Assembly (NCBI GenBank): GCA_046538485.1 | Contig: JBKHIT010000011.1 | Span: 1 to 64,000 of the forward strand | DNA: 64,000 bases | From: Candidatus Brocadiia bacterium | GTDB taxonomy: Bacteria; Planctomycetota; Brocadiia; SM23-32 | Direction: 5' to 3' | Shown here: positions 58,945 through 64,000 of the stretch, piece after piece | Numbering within the stretch: position 1 is the stretch's first letter | How the letters are laid out: each line of letters opens with the position of its first letter | Notes under the pieces: generated by a model | Told to the model about the DNA's origin: nothing | The model's database searches: none | The model's input: only the letters and a program-made list of their open reading frames with translations | Program-made: the position numbers and the translations under genes

Positions 58945-60561
58945 ATGGCACGTCCCAACATTCTATTGCTTCACACTGATCAACAACGTTTTGACACGAT
59001 CCGAGCCCTGGGGGCTTCGCATATGGAGACTCCCAACCTGGATCGTCTTGTCTCAGAAGGGATCGCTTTCAGGAAGGCTTACAGTTCGGACCCCGTTTGC
59101 ATGCCCGCCAGACATGATCTGCTGACCGGTGCCAGCGCACAACATCACGGCTACTGGTGGAACGCCGGGCGACCAATCCAGAACTACGGTCTTGCGACGC
59201 TTCCCCGCATGCTCACCCAATCCGGCTATCAAACGCTCGCTGTGGGGAAAATGCATTTCAAACCCGAACGGGAACATCACGGATTCGGCCACATGTTCCT
59301 TATGGAAGAATTGCCGGGGTGCCGCGAGAACGACGCATACCTTGAGTACCTCAAAGAACAGGGCTACGGGCATATTCGATGTCAGCACGGTGTGCGCCCT
59401 TTGTTTTATCATTCGCCGCAGGAATCACGCGTTCCCGAGGAGCATCACGGCTCAGCCTGGGTTGCACATAAAACTATCGAGTTAATTCGTCGAAAGCGCG
59501 ATCGGCCATTTTTCCTGATGGCCAGCTGGGTTGGGCCCCATCCACCCTATTACATGCCCCGGCGATATCTTGAGATGTACCGGGATGCAGAGCTTCCTTC
59601 CCCAATCGAAGAAAGCGCGAAATTGCATGCCCCAACAAGTCCCGAAAACCTTCGGGGTAAATCTCTGAAAAGACTCAGAGAAGCATATTTCGGAGCGATT
59701 AGCCTGATCGATACGCATCTCGGCAGAATACTCGACGTCCTGGAACAGACCGGGCAGAGAGAAAACACGCTCATTATTTTCACGTCCGATCACGGGGAAA
59801 TGCTCGGCGATCACGGGTGTTACCAGAAACATGTCCCGTACGAAGGATCGGCCCATATCCCCTTGTTAGTCAGCGGACCGGGTTTTGAAAAAGGTACCTG
59901 CGAGGTCCCCGTAACGACATGGGATACGTCAGCCACAATTCTTCACGCGACGGGGGTTGAGCCTCCTGAAGGGCATCCGATGGTGGGCGTTCCGCTCCAA
60001 AAATGTCAACACGAAGAAGCGGGCAGAACGGTGGTTTTTCATCATTCCACCGGCCGGGACAGGTATCTGGCTGCTGTATCGGGCCGTTTCAAATTCATTC
60101 ACTGGCTGAATGGAGGAGAAGAAGAACTTTACGACCTTGAGTCAGATCCAGAGGAACGAATCAATCTGCTGGCAAAAAAGCCCGATGACAATGGTTTTCC
60201 CGTCAGTCGGTTGAGAGATGCGTGTGTTCAATTCGAATCCGAACACGGAAATCCGGAAAACGTTGATAACGGTCGTTTTGTGGATCTTTCATTCGAATCC
60301 CCTCCGGAACATCGGTGCAGCGCGCACCCCGAATGGTCTTTTCGCCAGTTCCCCCAATGGATGGACGGGTATTCGCAAGACGATCTGCGAGCTATCGCCG
60401 AGGAGATGAGCGATTGCCTGAAGAACGAAGGCATTAATCTTTTCAGCGATCCCGAATGGCGGTCGCGGGCCAAAGAAGAATGGACAAAACGCGGAGGCGA
60501 TCCGGCGGTGTACGAAGAATTGTTTCAGCAAATTGATCGGAAAAGGACAGGCCGGTCGTAA
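58945..60561 (+). CDS. Sulfatase (S1, Cys-type)
   Basis: PNILLLHTDQQR, CMPAR (CxPxR), GKMH, PHPP, FTSDHG, ELYDLESDP; no signal peptide. Confidence 0.95.
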   Translation: MARPNILLLHTDQQRFDTIRALGASHMETPNLDRLVSEGIAFRKAYSSDPVCMPARHDLLTGASAQHHGYWWNAGRPIQNYGLATLPRMLTQSGYQTLAVGKMHFKPEREHHGFGHMFLMEELPGCRENDAYLEYLKEQGYGHIRCQHGVRPLFYHSPQESRVPEEHHGSAWVAHKTIELIRRKRDRPFFLMASWVGPHPPYYMPRRYLEMYRDAELPSPIEESAKLHAPTSPENLRGKSLKRLREAYFGAISLIDTHLGRILDVLEQTGQRENTLIIFTSDHGEMLGDHGCYQKHVPYEGSAHIPLLVSGPGFEKGTCEVPVTTWDTSATILHATGVEPPEGHPMVGVPLQKCQHEEAGRTVVFHHSTGRDRYLAAVSGRFKFIHWLNGGEEELYDLESDPEERINLLAKKPDDNGFPVSRLRDACVQFESEHGNPENVDNGRFVDLSFESPPEHRCSAHPEWSFRQFPQWMDGYSQDDLRAIAEEMSDCLKNEGINLFSDPEWRSRAKEEWTKRGGDPAVYEELFQQIDRKRTGRS

Positions 60562-60571
60562 TAATAGGAAA

Positions 60572-61096
60572 TCAAAAGAGTCCAAACGTCACCAGAGCGA
60601 TCATGACCAGTGCGATAAAGACTTTTGTGATACTCCCGATTATCCGTCCGATGAGAGCGCCTTTTGCGACGGTGGCCGATGCTTTTACTGTGCGTGTACG
60701 GTGGTACTCAAGAGCATAGGCCCCGGCGAATGTCCCGACAAAGGCACCCAGAAGCGTTCCAATAAGTGGCAGGACAGCTGATCCCACCACCGCGCCGATG
60801 ATGCCCCCCAGCATGGCGCCGATCGAACTCCAGAAACTGCCCTTGGCTTTGCTTGCTCCGAGCATACCGGCAATCGCTTCGATGATTTCGGCAAGCACCG
60901 CCAATCCGAAAAGCGTCAGCACAATCCACCATGGCAGAGCGTCCTTCCCGGCTATAAGGGTGCCCCCGAGCGCCGCAAACGCTATGATGAATTGTCCTGG
61001 AATACCGAGCGGAATAATAATCATCCCCGCGAGCATCACCAGATAAAACACGATGTAGCCGAAGACAGCACCGGTGGTCTCCAAAATGGCCGCCAT
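60572..61096 (-). CDS. DUF456-family membrane protein
   Basis: Hydrophobic Gly-rich GGIIGA...GAFVG...E motif; AAGGAG SD before MAAILE. Confidence 0.85.
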   Translation of the reverse strand: MAAILETTGAVFGYIVFYLVMLAGMIIIPLGIPGQFIIAFAALGGTLIAGKDALPWWIVLTLFGLAVLAEIIEAIAGMLGASKAKGSFWSSIGAMLGGIIGAVVGSAVLPLIGTLLGAFVGTFAGAYALEYHRTRTVKASATVAKGALIGRIIGSITKVFIALVMIALVTFGLF

Positions 61097-61358
61097 GAAT
61101 TTGCCCTCTCCTTGAAAACGCCTCGCGCCCACTTCAAAATACTGCAAGGTAACCAGTTAAACTCAGAGAGAGCGTAATCGTATTTACCCTTTTCGGCAAA
61201 TCGGTAGAGGCTTCAAACAGCACTCTGACCTTTGCCGGGCGAATTTTACCGCGTTGCTGGCTCCGGATAGCATTCCGAACTCGAGAGAGTCACAGCGGCC
61301 TGGGTTGTGCCGGACCAGGATAGACGGTCCGGTCTTTGCAGTTCGAAAGGAATATGCC

Positions 61359-63481
61359 GTGACTGAAAAACGAAGCGCTACCATTTTTTTGGCGTTCTTT
61401 GCAGTCTGGGTCGCCATTTTTGGATTTCTGCCATCAACGGACGCCGGCGGCGGCCCCCAAAACCTGGCTCTTTTGGTGAATCCGAACGATACTGATTCTC
61501 TCCGTATTGCAAACGAGTACATCCATCTGCGCAAAATTCCCCCGGCTAACGTTATTTATCTGCCTGAAGTGCCCGAAAAATCTGTGATTCCCGTCGAACA
61601 ATTCCGGAAGAAAATTCTCGGCCCGGCACTCAAAACGCTCGAAAAACGACACGTCGCTGGCCAGATTGATTACCTGATCTATTCAACCGGTTTTCCCCAT
61701 GCTGTTAATGTCAAATCAGATATCAAAGGCAAAAAACTTCCCAAAATTCTGAGTCAGCCGGCGTCCATTACCGGGTTGACGTATCTCTACCTTTTTGCTC
61801 TTGCTCAGAACCCCAATTACATGTCGCTCAATGCCAATCAATACATGCGAAAGACACGCCTTGGACCGATGCGCAGCGGCAGAAGAAACTGGAATTGCAA
61901 AAAGCATTTAAACGCCTGCGAGAAGCGCAAAAAGCCGCCGCGAAAAAAGAGAAAAAGGAAGAGGCCGGAGGGACAGAAACAAAAAAGGCACAAACAAAGG
62001 TAATTGAATCCTACCTCGACGAAGTTCATGGAATTATCACGGAGCTGCTGGACTCGCACCCCGGGAATCCGGGCCTCCACTACAACATGGCGTGCATCCT
62101 GACCATTCAAGGCCGAAAACAGCTGGCATTGAAACAGATTGAGAAAGCTGTTGATGTCGGCTGGTGGAATTTCGTGCATGCCCGACGCGATCCCGATCTG
62201 AAAGCGCTTCGCAAGAATGAAAAGTTCAAGAAACTGATCGCACAGATGGAAAATGTCACGCTCCGTGCACAGCCCACGATTCCTTTCCGGAACAGTTTCG
62301 GTTTTGCAAAAGGTGGGGAAATCGTCAATCCCCAGATGGGTGTTCGTTACCTTATCTCGACCATGCTGGCGCATGTCAGCAAGAAAACCAACACGCTGAA
62401 CGAAAGCCTGCGATGTCTGCGTCGGAGCGTCCAGGCGGATGGATCCCGCCCGGAGGGAACGATCTACTTCATGCGCAATCGGGATATCCGAAGTATTACC
62501 CGGGAATGGGCGTTCCGGAGTGTCGTCCGGCATTTGGAAAAAATCGGTGTGAACGCGGAGATCGAAGAAAGCGTTTTGCCGAAGAACAGATCCGATGTAA
62601 TGGGCGCGATGGTGGGAAAAGCAAAGTTCAATTGGGAAAAATCCGGGAGCAAAATTCTTCCCGGTGCCATATGTGAACATCTTACCAGCGCTGGTGGGGT
62701 AATGTCAGGTAGCGGACAGACGCTTTTGAGCGCGTGGATAAGCGCCGGGGCATCTGGAACCTGCGGGACCGTTACCGAGCCGTTCGCGGTCCAGGCTAAG
62801 TTCCCATCTCCGTTCATCCACCTGCACTACGCCCGCGGCGCGAGCCTCGGCGAAGCCTTCTATCAATCCGTTCAGGGCCCCTACCAGCTTTTGATCGTCG
62901 GCGATCCGCTTTGCCAACCATGGGCGCGATTCCCAAAAGTAAAAATTGGTGGCGTTTCTCCCGGCGATACTGTACAAGGTGAAATCGAAATAATCCCGGC
63001 CGCCGAAACACATGAAAAATTGAAACTTCAGCAGTTCGAGCTTTTTATCGACGGTATGCGCCGCGCGGCTTGCAAGCCCGGACATGTTTTCAATCTGGAC
63101 ACAACTGGATTTGCCGACGGATATCATGAATGGCAGGTGGTTGCCGTTGCCGGACAACTTCATACGCAAGGACGGAAAACGGTGCCGGTCACTATTAATA
63201 ACGGCGGCCACCTGATTAAGATCACCAAAAAACCCGAAGGTAATATTGAATCCGGACAAACAGTTCAAATCGGGGCTGAACTCAAAGATGCTGCCGAACT
63301 GCGCGTGGTGCAAAACGCGAGACTGGTGGGGACAATCGAGGGAAATCAAGGAACTGTGGAAATAAGTAGTGATAAACTCGGAAACGGCCCGGTTCAGCTG
63401 CGTGTCATCGGCCAAATCAAAAGCAAAAAACCCCCCAAAGCTCTCAGCGCTCCCATTGACTTTACCGTCGTGGAGAACTGA
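61359..63481 (+). pseudogene. TIGR03790-like secreted protein with TPR segment and Ig-like C-terminus, split by a -1 frameshift
   Basis: Frame A (GTG 61359, signal peptide, GGGPQNLALLVN...IANEYIHLRKIP...ASITGLTY) overlaps frame B (YNMAC TPR, PGAICEHLTS, GASGTCGTVTEP, SLGEAFYQSV...LLIVGDPLC), which is open from 61709. Confidence 0.75.
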
Positions 63482-63558
63482 AGGGACTGATTCCCGTCAC
63501 TTCACAGCAAAAACCTTATGCAAAAACCGAAGACGGATTGCTTAACCCGGATCAGACC

Positions 63559-64000
63559 TTACTTTTTGATTACCACGCATTCAGCCGTTCTTCCGGTGGT
63601 AACTTCGCGCGCCTTCAGGGTCCATTTGCCCGCTGGATCGTTGTGAGCAAAACGCATGCTCGTCCTGGCTTTGCCTCCTCTGCCCTGTGCCGACCACGGG
63701 ATGACTTCCACCCATTCGCCCTCCGGGTTTAGAAGACGAGTGGAGAAACTGAAAGGGCCTTTCTCCCGTGCGGGCACTCCCGACATGGAAATCCTGAACG
63801 TCACTGTCTCGCCACCGTGTACCGTCTCGCGCGAAGGTTCCACTTTCGGCTGACCGGGATCGTAGGGATAGGTGGTGAGGAATTCAGCGTAGCCGGGTTT
63901 GAGCCGCGGAATATCCACGGTCGTCGTTTTGCCAACTTTTCCTCGCCGCAGATCGAAGATCCACTGCTCCGAGGGCAAAACAACACGTGCTGGACCCTCT
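63559..64000 (-). CDS. 3' end of a larger protein (partial), Ig-like C-terminus
   Basis: Frame open to the window edge; IFDLRRGK...HNDPAGKWTLKAREVTTG resembles the C-termini of large glycoside-hydrolase-like proteins. Confidence 0.7.
   Translation of the reverse strand, partial: EGPARVVLPSEQWIFDLRRGKVGKTTTVDIPRLKPGYAEFLTTYPYDPGQPKVEPSRETVHGGETVTFRISMSGVPAREKGPFSFSTRLLNPEGEWVEVIPWSAQGRGGKARTSMRFAHNDPAGKWTLKAREVTTGRTAECVVIKK

Overview
64 kb of chromosomal DNA from a Gram-negative bacterium, probably PVC superphylum/Planctomycetota (inferred from the rpsF-ssb-rplI order without rpsR, a TIGR03790-like gene, a DUF4838-like protein and many BNR/sulfatase genes). (1) 1-3.2 kb is accessory: a Y1-HUH tyrosine transposase (IS200/IS605 TnpA, RAYT-like) among three modular GTAG-type REP/REPIN-like palindrome arrays. 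Arrays 2 and 3 bracket a toxin-first AbiEii-like nucleotidyltransferase plus unknown partner and a truncated restriction-modification gene. (2) 3.2-12.7 kb holds two giant paralogous secreted Ig/beta-propeller/CBM9-like proteins. (3) 13-39 kb is core: acyl-CoA ligase, priA, proS, ndk, galE, trkA, lpxA, lpxC-fabZ, skp, bamA, dnaB, rplI, ssb, rpsF, pth, rplY, mfd. (4) 39-64 kb is a glycan-catabolic region (SGNH esterase, GH32-like enzyme with altered catalytic motifs, DUF4838-FGE-fold fusion, three sialidase-like proteins, divergent DapA-family lyase, esterase, oxidoreductase, sulfatase). It also contains a ~330-nt structured intergenic element (candidate unclassified ncRNA) and a frameshifted TIGR03790-like gene. 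No tRNA, rRNA or CRISPR array was recognised. All family calls come from motif recognition by eye, not database searches.
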